Shown here piece by piece: positions 9,953-19,435 of a stretch of 64,000 nucleotides of DNA. Both the position numbers and the translations under genes were made by a program. The notes beneath the pieces are model-generated. The model worked only from the letters and a program-made list of their open reading frames with translations. It did no database searches and was not told the origin of the DNA. Origin of the DNA: Promethearchaeota archaeon (GTDB lineage Archaea > Asgardarchaeota > Lokiarchaeia > Sigyniarchaeales > SOKP01); contig SHMW01000007.1 of assembly GCA_008080735.1 (NCBI GenBank), positions 1 through 64,000 of the forward strand, written 5' to 3'. Positions within the stretch are counted from its first letter, which is position 1. Each line of letters begins with the position of its first letter.

Positions 9953-11088
9953 GTGAAAAGAAATTTGTACAAGGGTTCTCCCATAAAATCGGAGTTCATT
10001 GCGAATCCTCCTCGATGCGAGATATGTTCGAATTCTACGGGTTTCCCATGTCAGAGGCGAGAGCATTCGGATTGGATGGAACAATGGGTTTTGGATTCTT
10101 CGATTATTCAGAAACATTTACAGGAGGAAATCTGGCGGAACTACCTATGTTTGTTGGAGGAAAACAAGATACTATAAATCCTAAATCCCTTGCATGTCGA
10201 CTACTAGGAATCCAATTACGCAAGCAATCATTCACAAGCGCGGATAAGGCATGGCAAGAGAGTAAAAAGCTGATCCAACAAGAGAAACCCTTAATGCTTC
10301 AGGTCGATCTGGGATACCTTGAGTATATGAACCCGGGTGAGGATGAATTCCATTTTGGAGGACATTTCATTACGCTCGGAGGATATGACGAAACGAATGG
10401 TATTGCGCTCGTGGGAGAATCTGATTTGGAAGGTTTTCAGGAAGTTAGAATTGAAGAACTTAAAGAAGCAAGGGTTTCAGAACATGGTCCTTCGTTTATG
10501 CATCCAAAAAATACACAATATTCTATGAACGTACGGCCCGATGGAAAACATCCCCCCATTAATGCGGGATTAAAATTAGCGATTAAAAAAGTAGTGGATC
10601 ATATGCTCAGACCCTCTATGAATAATAATGGGCTACAGGGCTTAAAAAATTTCGCTACCAATATCCTTGAATGGAAAGAAAAGCTTAAAGATACCGTAAA
10701 GAACCCCTCCAACGATAAGGAGATATGTTTCGCCAGGCTTACATTTGAATTGCTCCATGGCTATATTGAAGAGTGGGGGACTGGCGGAGCTCTATTTAGA
10801 AATTTATATACAGAATTCTTGGAGGGTATTTTAAATGATCCAATTGTTAAAGAAGGAAAAATGGCTTGGAATGCCTCTGAGATTGAGATTCTTGAAGAGA
10901 GCTTGCCCTTACTTTTGGATTCTGCTCATCATTGGACTCTTTTTGGACGCATCTTAAAGGATTCAGTAATGACTCATAAAGATGAATGTTTGGATAATGT
11001 CAATCTTACGGAATTATCAGAACTCATTCAAGCTATTTACATTACAGAAGAAAAGCTATTCTCAAAATTGCGTCACATAAAAATCTAA
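9949..11088 (+). CDS. BtrH-like papain-fold peptidase (BtrH_N + DUF4872)
   Basis: HCESSSMR (Cys), HFGGHFITLGGYD (His), GTGGALFRNLY; overlaps the padR stop. Confidence 0.8.
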   Translation: MSEKKFVQGFSHKIGVHCESSSMRDMFEFYGFPMSEARAFGLDGTMGFGFFDYSETFTGGNLAELPMFVGGKQDTINPKSLACRLLGIQLRKQSFTSADKAWQESKKLIQQEKPLMLQVDLGYLEYMNPGEDEFHFGGHFITLGGYDETNGIALVGESDLEGFQEVRIEELKEARVSEHGPSFMHPKNTQYSMNVRPDGKHPPINAGLKLAIKKVVDHMLRPSMNNNGLQGLKNFATNILEWKEKLKDTVKNPSNDKEICFARLTFELLHGYIEEWGTGGALFRNLYTEFLEGILNDPIVKEGKMAWNASEIEILEESLPLLLDSAHHWTLFGRILKDSVMTHKDECLDNVNLTELSELIQAIYITEEKLFSKLRHIKI

Positions 11089-11189
11089 CACATATAATGA
11101 GAAATGAATGGAAAAAAGGCGTTTATAGAAAATATGGAAGAAAATCAATCAGAAATAAAATAAAACAACAAATAAAATAAGGCTGGAAA

Positions 11190-11630
11190 ATGGATAAAAC
11201 AAAATTAGTTGCCCGATGTGGATTGTGGTGTGGTGCATGTAGGGCTTATTTACTTCAAAAAAAAGATTTATTTGAGGAAAAGGGATATAAGCGAGGTTGT
11301 AATGGTTGCTGGATTCAAAATAAGAATTGCGCGTTCTTGAGAAAGAAATGCGGTAGACTAGGGAAGAAAATAGATTTTTGTTTTGAATGTGATGAGATAC
11401 CTTGCGCAGCATTAGAAAAATTAGATGATGGATATAAAAAGAGATATCACGTTAGTTTAATTGGGAATCTAAGCCGAATGAAAGAAATTGGGCTAGAAAA
11501 TTGGATACTAGAACAAGAAGAATTATACAAGTGTCCAGAATGCGGCGGAGAAATTTGCGTGCACGATTTTGAATGTTTTGATTGTAATCTAAAACACGAC
11601 CCAAATTTAGAGAAGGGTGAAAATAATTAA
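11190..11630 (+). CDS. DUF3795 Cys-rich metal-binding protein
   Basis: CGLWCGAC, CNGC, FCFECDEIPC, C-terminal CPEC..CFDC. Confidence 0.85.
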   Translation: MDKTKLVARCGLWCGACRAYLLQKKDLFEEKGYKRGCNGCWIQNKNCAFLRKKCGRLGKKIDFCFECDEIPCAALEKLDDGYKKRYHVSLIGNLSRMKEIGLENWILEQEELYKCPECGGEICVHDFECFDCNLKHDPNLEKGENN

Positions 11631-12081
11631 GAAACAAAACAATTCTATGGAGCTGTTTTCATATTGCGGGCTTTTTTGCGGGGCATGTCCTTCTTATCAT
11701 AGAGGAACATGTTTGGGGTGCAGAAGTGAAGATCACAATCAAAAACGCACTTCAAAATGGAGCTGTAAAATAAGGAAGTGTTGTGTTAATGAGAAAGAGG
11801 TATTGTATTGTGGAAAGTGCTCAGAATTCCCATGTAAAAAGATTTCACAAAAATTAATCGATTCACACCCTACTGATCTCCGATTTTATTATAGACATGA
11901 GATTCCTGAAAATATAAATGAGTTGAATAATATGGGAATTTCCAAATGGATTGATAAACAAAGAGGGAAATGGTCATGTGATAAATGTGGAGGAACTATT
12001 TGTTTTTATGAATATACATGTAAAAATTGTGGAAAAAAAATTAATCCTAAAAACTACAAAAAAGGCACCTTAAATGAATGA
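11617..12081 (+). CDS. DUF3795 Cys-rich metal-binding protein
   Basis: CGLFCGACP, CLGC, CKIRKCC, CGKCSEFPC, CDKC..CKNC. Confidence 0.85.
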   Translation: MKIIKKQNNSMELFSYCGLFCGACPSYHRGTCLGCRSEDHNQKRTSKWSCKIRKCCVNEKEVLYCGKCSEFPCKKISQKLIDSHPTDLRFYYRHEIPENINELNNMGISKWIDKQRGKWSCDKCGGTICFYEYTCKNCGKKINPKNYKKGTLNE

Positions 12082-12742
12082 AACAGATAATGATGTTATT
12101 GATGTGGATATTTTCCGTGAAGGATTTCTTAAATATACAACGGAAGCATTTCAATTAATTCCAATCATCAAGAAACCAAGAATTCTGGATGTCGGATGCG
12201 GTACAGGTACTCCAACCATAGAGTTAGCACATTTAAGCGGTGGAAAGATTATCGCAATGGATATCAACAAAAAAGATCTACAAATATTAAACCAAAAAAT
12301 TAAGAAGAAAAAATTGAGTAATCAGATAAAAACATTGAACGCATCCTTTTTAAAGAACAAATTTGATAAGAATTCTTTTGATATAATCTGGGCAGAAGGA
12401 GTGTTTCATATCATAGGATTTGAGAAAAGTTTTAAGGCATCTCAGAGAATATTAAAAAAGATGGGATATCTTGTATTAAATGAATCGCTAAAGAAAATCT
12501 CACCATATTTGCGTGATATTGCTAAATTTGGCTATAAAGAATATAAAAAGTTAAAATTACCTGAAAGAGTTTGGTGGAATGAATTTTACAAACCCCTCGA
12601 GAAAGAAATCAATGGATTATTGGTTGAAGATCCAAAATTAATAAAGAATAGGCAAATCCGCAGATATCGAAGGGAAATCAGTATGGTTAAACCGAATCCT
12701 AAGGAATTCGATACTGCGTTTTATGTCTTACAAAAAATCTAA
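12074..12742 (+). CDS. Class I SAM-dependent methyltransferase
   Basis: ILDVGCGTG, FDIIWAEG. Confidence 0.9.
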   Translation: MNETDNDVIDVDIFREGFLKYTTEAFQLIPIIKKPRILDVGCGTGTPTIELAHLSGGKIIAMDINKKDLQILNQKIKKKKLSNQIKTLNASFLKNKFDKNSFDIIWAEGVFHIIGFEKSFKASQRILKKMGYLVLNESLKKISPYLRDIAKFGYKEYKKLKLPERVWWNEFYKPLEKEINGLLVEDPKLIKNRQIRRYRREISMVKPNPKEFDTAFYVLQKI

Positions 12743-12759
12743 GAAGGAGTAACTATAAA

Positions 12760-15258
12760 ATGGATAAAATAAAAATAAGAGGAGCCAGAATTCATAATTT
12801 AAAAGATATTGATGTTGATATACTTAAAAATCGATTAATTTTGGTAACTGGTCTGTCTGGTTCCGGAAAATCAAGCTTGGCATTTGATATTATTTTTGAA
12901 GAGGGAAGGAGCAGGTATTTGCATTCCATTGGATTTCCTCCTAAATTCGAAGACGAGAAACCATTTGACCTAATTGAGGGCCTGAGTCCTACCGTTGCGG
13001 TCGAGCAGCGAACCTTGAGAGCAGTAAATCCCCGATCAACTGTAGGAACAAGGACAAAATTATATAATTTTTTGAGAATGCTCTACGCAGCAGAGGCAGA
13101 ATTACTCTGTCCTATCTGTAAAGAACCAGTAGGAAAAAATCTTGAATGCGAGATATGCGGAATGTCCGTTGATCGATTACAAATAAAACATTTTTCCTTT
13201 AATGAACCAAGCGGGATGTGTTTGAATTGTAAGGGGCGGGGTTACACCCGTTATTTCACTGAAGATTTGGTAGTTCCGGATAAAGAGAAAACATTGGTTG
13301 AAATAACAGAGGATGGATCGGGCTGTTTTGCCGATCAATTACGTTTTGTGGAACAATTGCATCGTTTTTATGATTTTAATCCCGCTTCAGCGTACAAAGA
13401 TTTACCCGATGAGGTAAAAGAAGTTTTCTTGTATGGAAGTGGGAAGAAGTTATCCTTTAAATGGGAGTCTAAACGATTTTCTGGTGAACTAGAGCGAGAA
13501 TACGAGGGAGTCATACCTCATATGGAACGAGCACTCAAGGAATCCAAAAGCAGCTATCGGAGAAAAAAAATCTCCAGTAATTATATGTCTAAAAAGGTAT
13601 GTGAAGAATGTCATGGATATCGAATAAATGAACAAGCGAGAGAAACGAAGATCAATGAGAAGCATATAGGGGAATTAGCAATGATGCCTATTGATGATTT
13701 ATTCATATTCATTGAGCGAATAAAAGAGAAAAATATCCAGTCTCCTCAAGGTAAGGCTTTATTAAACGAAATAATCAATGGTTTACAGCAGATGATTGAT
13801 GTGGGATTACCCTATTTGCATTTGAATCGTAGGTTGCCCAGCTTGAGCGGAGGAGAACTACAGAGACTCTCGTTGATGACTCATTTGGATGCGGGTTTAG
13901 ATTCACTGATCTACGTGCTTGATGAGCCCAGTATGAGCCTTCATGAGCTGGAGAAAGCATCTCTGATTAAAATTTTACAAAAGCTTAAAAAATTGGGAAA
14001 TACTGTTATTGTGGTTGAACATGACAAGAAATTTATCGAAATAGCCGATGAAATTATTGATATTGGCCCTCGTGCGGGAAATCACGGGGGAAAAATAATC
14101 TATCAAGGAGATTTGGAGGGTATAAAAGAGATAAAGGTCTCATTAACAGGTCAATTCCTCAATGGGAAGATTAAACTTCCAGAAAAAGCAAGCGAGAATC
14201 GCCGCAAAATTGATGATAATACCCAATTTCTTAGAATTAAAGGAGCATCTACCAATAATCTAAAAAATGTCAATGTAAATATCCCTCTGGGGATGATGGT
14301 AGGAATATGTGGTGTTTCGGGTTCGGGGAAAAGCTCTTTAATACAAGAGACTCTAGTCCCCTTGATTAAACCTTATTTCAAGAGAGGCGCCTCACATAAG
14401 AATAGGTCGTCTGAAGATGAGTTAGATTCAGAAGAGAATGGAGAAGATTTATTAGAATATTCGGGTATTATAGAAGGATGGAATAATCTTGATGAGGTGA
14501 TCATCGTAGATCAAAAACCAATTGCCAGGGTCAGAACATCTACTCCCTGTACATATACGGGTATCTGGGGGCGTATTAGAAAGATATTTGCTAAAACAGA
14601 CCTCTCAAAGGAAAGAGGGTATTCTACTGGGCATTTTTCATATAATTCAGATAAAGGAAGATGTCCTACTTGTAGAGGACAGGGAATCCAAGATTTAGAG
14701 ATTTCATTTCTCAGTAATTTCGAAATGCCGTGTAGAGAATGTAAAGGAAAACGCTATAAGCCGGAGATCTTGGAAGTAACTTACAAGGGAAAAAAAATCT
14801 CGGATGTTTTGGATATGACGGTTTCTGAAGCGTTGGACCTTTTTGCCAGCAATAATCGAATTGCAAATGTATTAAAAATATTGGAAGATGTGGGAATGGG
14901 ATATATCACACTCGGTCAACCATCACCCACATTGAGTGGTGGAGAGGCACAGCGAGTAAAACTTGCAAAGCGATTGGGGAGTGCCCGAAAATCGAAAACA
15001 CTGTATATTCTCGATGAACCGACAGTAGGACTTTCATTTTATGATGCGGTAAAGCTCATGGAACTATTGGATAGATTAGTCGAAGAGGGAAATACCGTGC
15101 TAATCATTGAACATGATCCCGAAATTCTGTCATATGTGGACTATCTAATCGAATTAGGGCCTCAAGGTGGTCCAAGAGGAGGATATATAATTGCAGAAGG
15201 TACTGTAGAAGAAGTGAAAAGAAATAACAAGTCAAAAACCGCAGCATTCTTAATTTAA
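12760..15258 (+). CDS. uvrA: UvrA-like ABC ATPase, class II (no UvrB-binding domain)
   Basis: GARIHNLK, GLSGSGKSS, GVSGSGKSS, two LSGGE motifs, zinc fingers; 832 aa with only a short segment where the UvrB-binding domain normally lies. Confidence 0.88.
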   Translation: MDKIKIRGARIHNLKDIDVDILKNRLILVTGLSGSGKSSLAFDIIFEEGRSRYLHSIGFPPKFEDEKPFDLIEGLSPTVAVEQRTLRAVNPRSTVGTRTKLYNFLRMLYAAEAELLCPICKEPVGKNLECEICGMSVDRLQIKHFSFNEPSGMCLNCKGRGYTRYFTEDLVVPDKEKTLVEITEDGSGCFADQLRFVEQLHRFYDFNPASAYKDLPDEVKEVFLYGSGKKLSFKWESKRFSGELEREYEGVIPHMERALKESKSSYRRKKISSNYMSKKVCEECHGYRINEQARETKINEKHIGELAMMPIDDLFIFIERIKEKNIQSPQGKALLNEIINGLQQMIDVGLPYLHLNRRLPSLSGGELQRLSLMTHLDAGLDSLIYVLDEPSMSLHELEKASLIKILQKLKKLGNTVIVVEHDKKFIEIADEIIDIGPRAGNHGGKIIYQGDLEGIKEIKVSLTGQFLNGKIKLPEKASENRRKIDDNTQFLRIKGASTNNLKNVNVNIPLGMMVGICGVSGSGKSSLIQETLVPLIKPYFKRGASHKNRSSEDELDSEENGEDLLEYSGIIEGWNNLDEVIIVDQKPIARVRTSTPCTYTGIWGRIRKIFAKTDLSKERGYSTGHFSYNSDKGRCPTCRGQGIQDLEISFLSNFEMPCRECKGKRYKPEILEVTYKGKKISDVLDMTVSEALDLFASNNRIANVLKILEDVGMGYITLGQPSPTLSGGEAQRVKLAKRLGSARKSKTLYILDEPTVGLSFYDAVKLMELLDRLVEEGNTVLIIEHDPEILSYVDYLIELGPQGGPRGGYIIAEGTVEEVKRNNKSKTAAFLI

Positions 15259-15303
15259 CATATTAATAAGTCTTTCTTATGTTTCTTTGATTTAAACCTC
15301 GGA

Positions 15304-15390
15304 TAGGGTATAACTGCTTGAGTTTAGTGATTTTTACATGCCTTCATCTATACCCTAAAGGACTTGGCTTTCTCCGTGAAAAACGGTAAA
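15304..15390 (-). mobile_element. Possible degenerate IS200/IS605-family terminal hairpin remnant
   Basis: Minus strand TTTACCGTTTTTCACGGAGAAAGCCAAGTCCTTTAGGGTATAGATGAA resembles IS200/IS605 ends as I recall them; 9-bp inverted repeat TAGGGTATA/TATACCCTA; no transposase nearby. Confidence 0.35.
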
Positions 15391-15557
15391 TTTGTGATAG
15401 ATTTGATTATAAAAAAAACTTTAAGTTCCTTTTTAAATCCATAAGGACCAAATTTTTACAGAGTGAACTAAGATTCTCTCTTATATCTAATATATACCCA
15501 AGGACTCCAAATGGAATGGCCTTATTAATTCACAACATTTTTAAGATCAAATAAGAT

Positions 15558-16544
15558 CTACATATACCCTTTTTGATAAAATCTTTTAAATATTAGGCAC
15601 ACATGGTAATGAACCCACCAATGTAGATACGGAAATGATTTTCCTTTAAGAATATAAAGATTCCATGAACCGTCCTTGTTTTGGGTCCTTCTGAAATAAT
15701 TTAGAGCACGATTTATATCTGGATGATCATATGAAAAGTTCAGAAGAGTTAACGAATCTAATGCTGATATTAGATCAGTCCACCAGAATGGATAGGAATA
15801 TTTTGTCCAATACTCGGCAGCGCTCCGTGCAGAATATTTGTCTTTCTCAAAAAATCTAGTAGCCAAAAGATTTCCCGCGAGTTTTGCAGAGGGATGTTGT
15901 TTATATTTAGGATGTTGAGAAAATGCTCTGAGTACAATACCTGTAACCCAATGGGAAAAAGGAAGTTTTTTATCTGGTGGAATAGGATCTTCATTATATA
16001 GGTCAGTGGGTTTCTTAGAAATCTGAGGCATCTGCATGGGTAAAATCCATCCACCGCTATTTTGCTCAAACGAAAGTAACCACTCAAAGGATTTAATCAC
16101 TCTCTTATCATCATGATATCCTAGTCTACATAATAATTCTAACACGGCAGCACTATAATTGGGAGTATATTGATTCCCATAAATTCCTCTAAAATCTCCC
16201 TCCCCGGTTTGAGCAGTAAAAAGGAATTCGGCTGCTTTTCTCATAGGAGGGAAGGATTTGTCCATATCAAAAAAGTAGATTAATTGTGCCACATAGCGAT
16301 AAGTTTCCAATAATTCATAATTTGTATTGATATTTTTATGCTGCTTTTTTCGTTTATCTGGCCATGAACCATTGTCTTGTTGATAGCGCAAAATCTCGTT
16401 CGCTCGATCATGTTTCGACGGGAAATGAGGTGTTCTAATGGTTTTATCAAGCAGATATTTTTCCATATGATATTGGATAAGATCATCATCGATTTCTAAT
16501 AGTGGTTTGAGTGAATCATATTCAAACTGTCTTATCCATTTCAT
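15558..16544 (-). CDS. Prenyltransferase/squalene-cyclase-repeat (alpha/alpha toroid) protein
   Basis: QW-like repeats QQDNGSW, AQTGEGDF, EQNSGGW, TQNKDGSW. Confidence 0.7.
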   Translation of the reverse strand: MKWIRQFEYDSLKPLLEIDDDLIQYHMEKYLLDKTIRTPHFPSKHDRANEILRYQQDNGSWPDKRKKQHKNINTNYELLETYRYVAQLIYFFDMDKSFPPMRKAAEFLFTAQTGEGDFRGIYGNQYTPNYSAAVLELLCRLGYHDDKRVIKSFEWLLSFEQNSGGWILPMQMPQISKKPTDLYNEDPIPPDKKLPFSHWVTGIVLRAFSQHPKYKQHPSAKLAGNLLATRFFEKDKYSARSAAEYWTKYSYPFWWTDLISALDSLTLLNFSYDHPDINRALNYFRRTQNKDGSWNLYILKGKSFPYLHWWVHYHVCLIFKRFYQKGYM

Positions 16545-16676
16545 TTAATAAACCTACATTCTATAAGAAGAGTTAATTACTATAATAGTCTAAAGTAATT
16601 TTAATTAAGTAATTAATTTTAATCAATATCTACTCAAATAATCCAAATCATTAAATCATATAATATTGGTGTTCAG

Positions 16677-17810
16677 ATGAGCAAAATTAGATATGCATTA
16701 GCAGGATACGGATTAAATGCGATGGGCCATAAGATGGAACTTGAGTCTCATCCGCTTTTAAAAGGACGAACCAAATTGATTGCGGGATTTGATCCCGATT
16801 CAGAAACTAAAAAAAACCTAAACAATGAAGATGGGGTAAAAGTTGCAGATTCGTATGAGGATTTGCTAGATACTAAGGGTCTTGATGCTATAGTGATCTG
16901 TAGCCCTCCGCAAGTCCATGCCGTACAAGCAATCGCAGCGTTAGAGACAGGTTATCATGTTTATTCAGAAATCCCTATGTGTTTAAATGAAAAAGATATC
17001 GAAAAAATTATTAGTGCGGAAGATAATTCGGGAAAAGTATATCAATTAGGTGAAAACTATTGTTTCTATCCCGAAGTCCTTTATGCGAGTTATCTCGTGT
17101 CTTCTGGAAAAATCGGTGCCTCTGTCTATGCGGAATCAGAATATTTGCATGATGTGACTTATCGATGGAGAGAGAATTGTCGGGGAGATATAGATACTCC
17201 GAGAGTTGATTCATGGTATCAATTATTTGATCCTTTAATGTATGCGCATTCGATTGGACCCGCTCAAGCAGCATTGGGAGGAATAGAAAATCCTATGCCA
17301 TTTACAAAGGTCGTTAGTTTTGCGAATGATATTGGGGGACATGAGGGCAAGCCTATATGTGCCCCTGCAAAATCTTTTCAGGTAGGACTTTTTCAAACAC
17401 AAACGGAAGCTATTGCAAAATGCGCGAATGCTTATGTGTTTGCCAGAGAACCTACACGAACGATGATTCAGGTCGTTGGCCGTATAGGAACCTATGAATG
17501 TTATGAAATCGGGAGTCCTGGACGACTATTTCTCGCAGAAGGACACAAGATTACCCGATCACGGCACCGAAAGGGAAAGTCCCAGACAATAGACAAAGAC
17601 GCGCTTGCTGAAGTAATTGATCCTGTAGAAGGATTATATTATGGTGGACAAGCCAGGGTTGTAGACAATTGGCTCACATCTATTGAAAACAATGAGAAGC
17701 CACTTCTTCATGCGAAAGTTGGTGCCAATTTTTGCAATGCGGGAATCGCTGCCTCGAAATCGGCTCAGGCAGGGGGAATCCCAGAACTGATTAAAATTTA
17801 CACGGAATAA
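16677..17810 (+). CDS. Gfo/Idh/MocA-family oxidoreductase
   Basis: AGYGLNAMGH, LDAIVICSPPQVH, HVYSEIPM. Confidence 0.85.
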   Translation: MSKIRYALAGYGLNAMGHKMELESHPLLKGRTKLIAGFDPDSETKKNLNNEDGVKVADSYEDLLDTKGLDAIVICSPPQVHAVQAIAALETGYHVYSEIPMCLNEKDIEKIISAEDNSGKVYQLGENYCFYPEVLYASYLVSSGKIGASVYAESEYLHDVTYRWRENCRGDIDTPRVDSWYQLFDPLMYAHSIGPAQAALGGIENPMPFTKVVSFANDIGGHEGKPICAPAKSFQVGLFQTQTEAIAKCANAYVFAREPTRTMIQVVGRIGTYECYEIGSPGRLFLAEGHKITRSRHRKGKSQTIDKDALAEVIDPVEGLYYGGQARVVDNWLTSIENNEKPLLHAKVGANFCNAGIAASKSAQAGGIPELIKIYTE

Positions 17811-17817
17811 AATATTT

Positions 17818-18390
17818 TCAACCTGTATCCTTCAGTTCTGAATAACGATAGCAATAGGTAAGATGATCATTGACCATCCCAACCGCTTGCATATAGGCAT
17901 ACATAATCGTTGGTCCTATAAAGGAGAATCCGAGTTTTTTCATTTGTTTGCTTATCGTTTTTGATAACTCTGTCTCACCGGGAATCTCTTCTAATCCGTT
18001 CCAATGATTTTGAATTGGTGTATTATCAACAAAATTCCAAATATAATCATTGAAAGATCCATATTTTTCTCGTACTTGTTGAAATATTTTAGCATTATTG
18101 ACTGTTGACCGAATCTTGAGCTCATTTCTGACAATTCCTTTGTTGTTTAGCAACTCTTGAATTTTTCTCTCATCATAGGTTGCGATCCTCTCAAAATCAA
18201 AATTATCAAACACCCTTCGATAATTCTCTCGCTTTTTAAGTATAGTAATCCAACTCAACCCTGCTTGAGCACTCTGTAGAACAAGTTGTTCAAATAAAAG
18301 CTTATCATGATGGACGGGAACACCCCACTCTTCATCATGATATCTCTTCATCAGCTCACTATGGTTTGCCCAACTACATCGTTTTGGCAT
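17818..18390 (-). CDS. tag: DNA-3-methyladenine glycosylase I
   Basis: RCSWA, YHDEEWG, QAGLSWITILKKR, MQAVGMVNDHLTYC. Confidence 0.95.
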   Translation of the reverse strand: MPKRCSWANHSELMKRYHDEEWGVPVHHDKLLFEQLVLQSAQAGLSWITILKKRENYRRVFDNFDFERIATYDERKIQELLNNKGIVRNELKIRSTVNNAKIFQQVREKYGSFNDYIWNFVDNTPIQNHWNGLEEIPGETELSKTISKQMKKLGFSFIGPTIMYAYMQAVGMVNDHLTYCYRYSELKDTG

Positions 18391-18639
18391 AATTTTATTT
18401 CTGTAAAAGAGATTTAATTTATTTATCTTTCCGAGAGTTATTTATTAAAGGAAAAGATGATATATAAGTAAAAGAGGTTTATCAAATCAATTTCATAATG
18501 AACGGAAGAAATATGAGTACCTAAATATTGTAAAAGCCACTTAGATTAATTTAAAATTCACATCTGTTAAATATTCATATTTAAATAGGAAAAAATTCTT
18601 ATTTGTTTTAATAACCCAAATTCTTAAGAGAGAAGGAAA

Positions 18640-19347
18640 ATGGCTTTAGACCCTATTATAGTTGTTAATGGTGTATCCAGCTTAATTTTTGTAATAATTA
18701 GCATATTGGTTGGTATTTTTATTATGGCAAACTATTCCCAACATAAAAACGTTAATTTGATTTATGTTGGTTTAGCGTGGATAGGATTATCGGAACCATG
18801 GTGGCCCTCTTCAATTTCGTTTCTGGTTTCTCTTTCTAACGTGGATGGGCTTGATAAAGTGACCTATTTCTTCATAGGAAATGTCTTTATTCCGATATTT
18901 GTGTTACTATGGTTGCTGGCGATGGCTAATTTGTTAGATTGGAAACTAAAAAAGCAAATGTCTATTTTATATATCATTGGCTCGGTTATCTATGAAATAG
19001 TATTCATATATTACCTGTTTACTTCTCCCGATTTTATTGGTACAAAAAACGGACCTGTTGATGTCGATTATGAATTGTTTACGATTTTATTTCAATTTAT
19101 TAACTTGGTAATTGTTGTTGGAACAGGATTATGGTTTGCGATAAACTCATTAAAATCGGACCAGAAGCGGGTGAAATTAAAGGGGGAATTCTTATTGATT
19201 GCTTTTATCTCATTTGTTGTTGGAACGGCTTGGGATATTGTTGCTACACATCCATTGTCAAGGTTGATACTTGTTATCAGTGCGATAATATTTTATATCG
19301 GTTATGTCCTACCTCCAAGTATTGAAAAAATACTTATCGAACAATAA
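18640..19347 (+). CDS. About 7-TM membrane protein, function unknown
   Basis: 235 aa, almost entirely hydrophobic helices. Confidence 0.75.
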   Translation: MALDPIIVVNGVSSLIFVIISILVGIFIMANYSQHKNVNLIYVGLAWIGLSEPWWPSSISFLVSLSNVDGLDKVTYFFIGNVFIPIFVLLWLLAMANLLDWKLKKQMSILYIIGSVIYEIVFIYYLFTSPDFIGTKNGPVDVDYELFTILFQFINLVIVVGTGLWFAINSLKSDQKRVKLKGEFLLIAFISFVVGTAWDIVATHPLSRLILVISAIIFYIGYVLPPSIEKILIEQ

Positions 19348-19435
19348 GAAGTCCTAGAAAATATATAAAAAACCTTTCTATTTTTCTTTTTTTGTTCTAC
19401 TCTCATCCATTTTTGGGATGTAGATTAGAAAAGAA

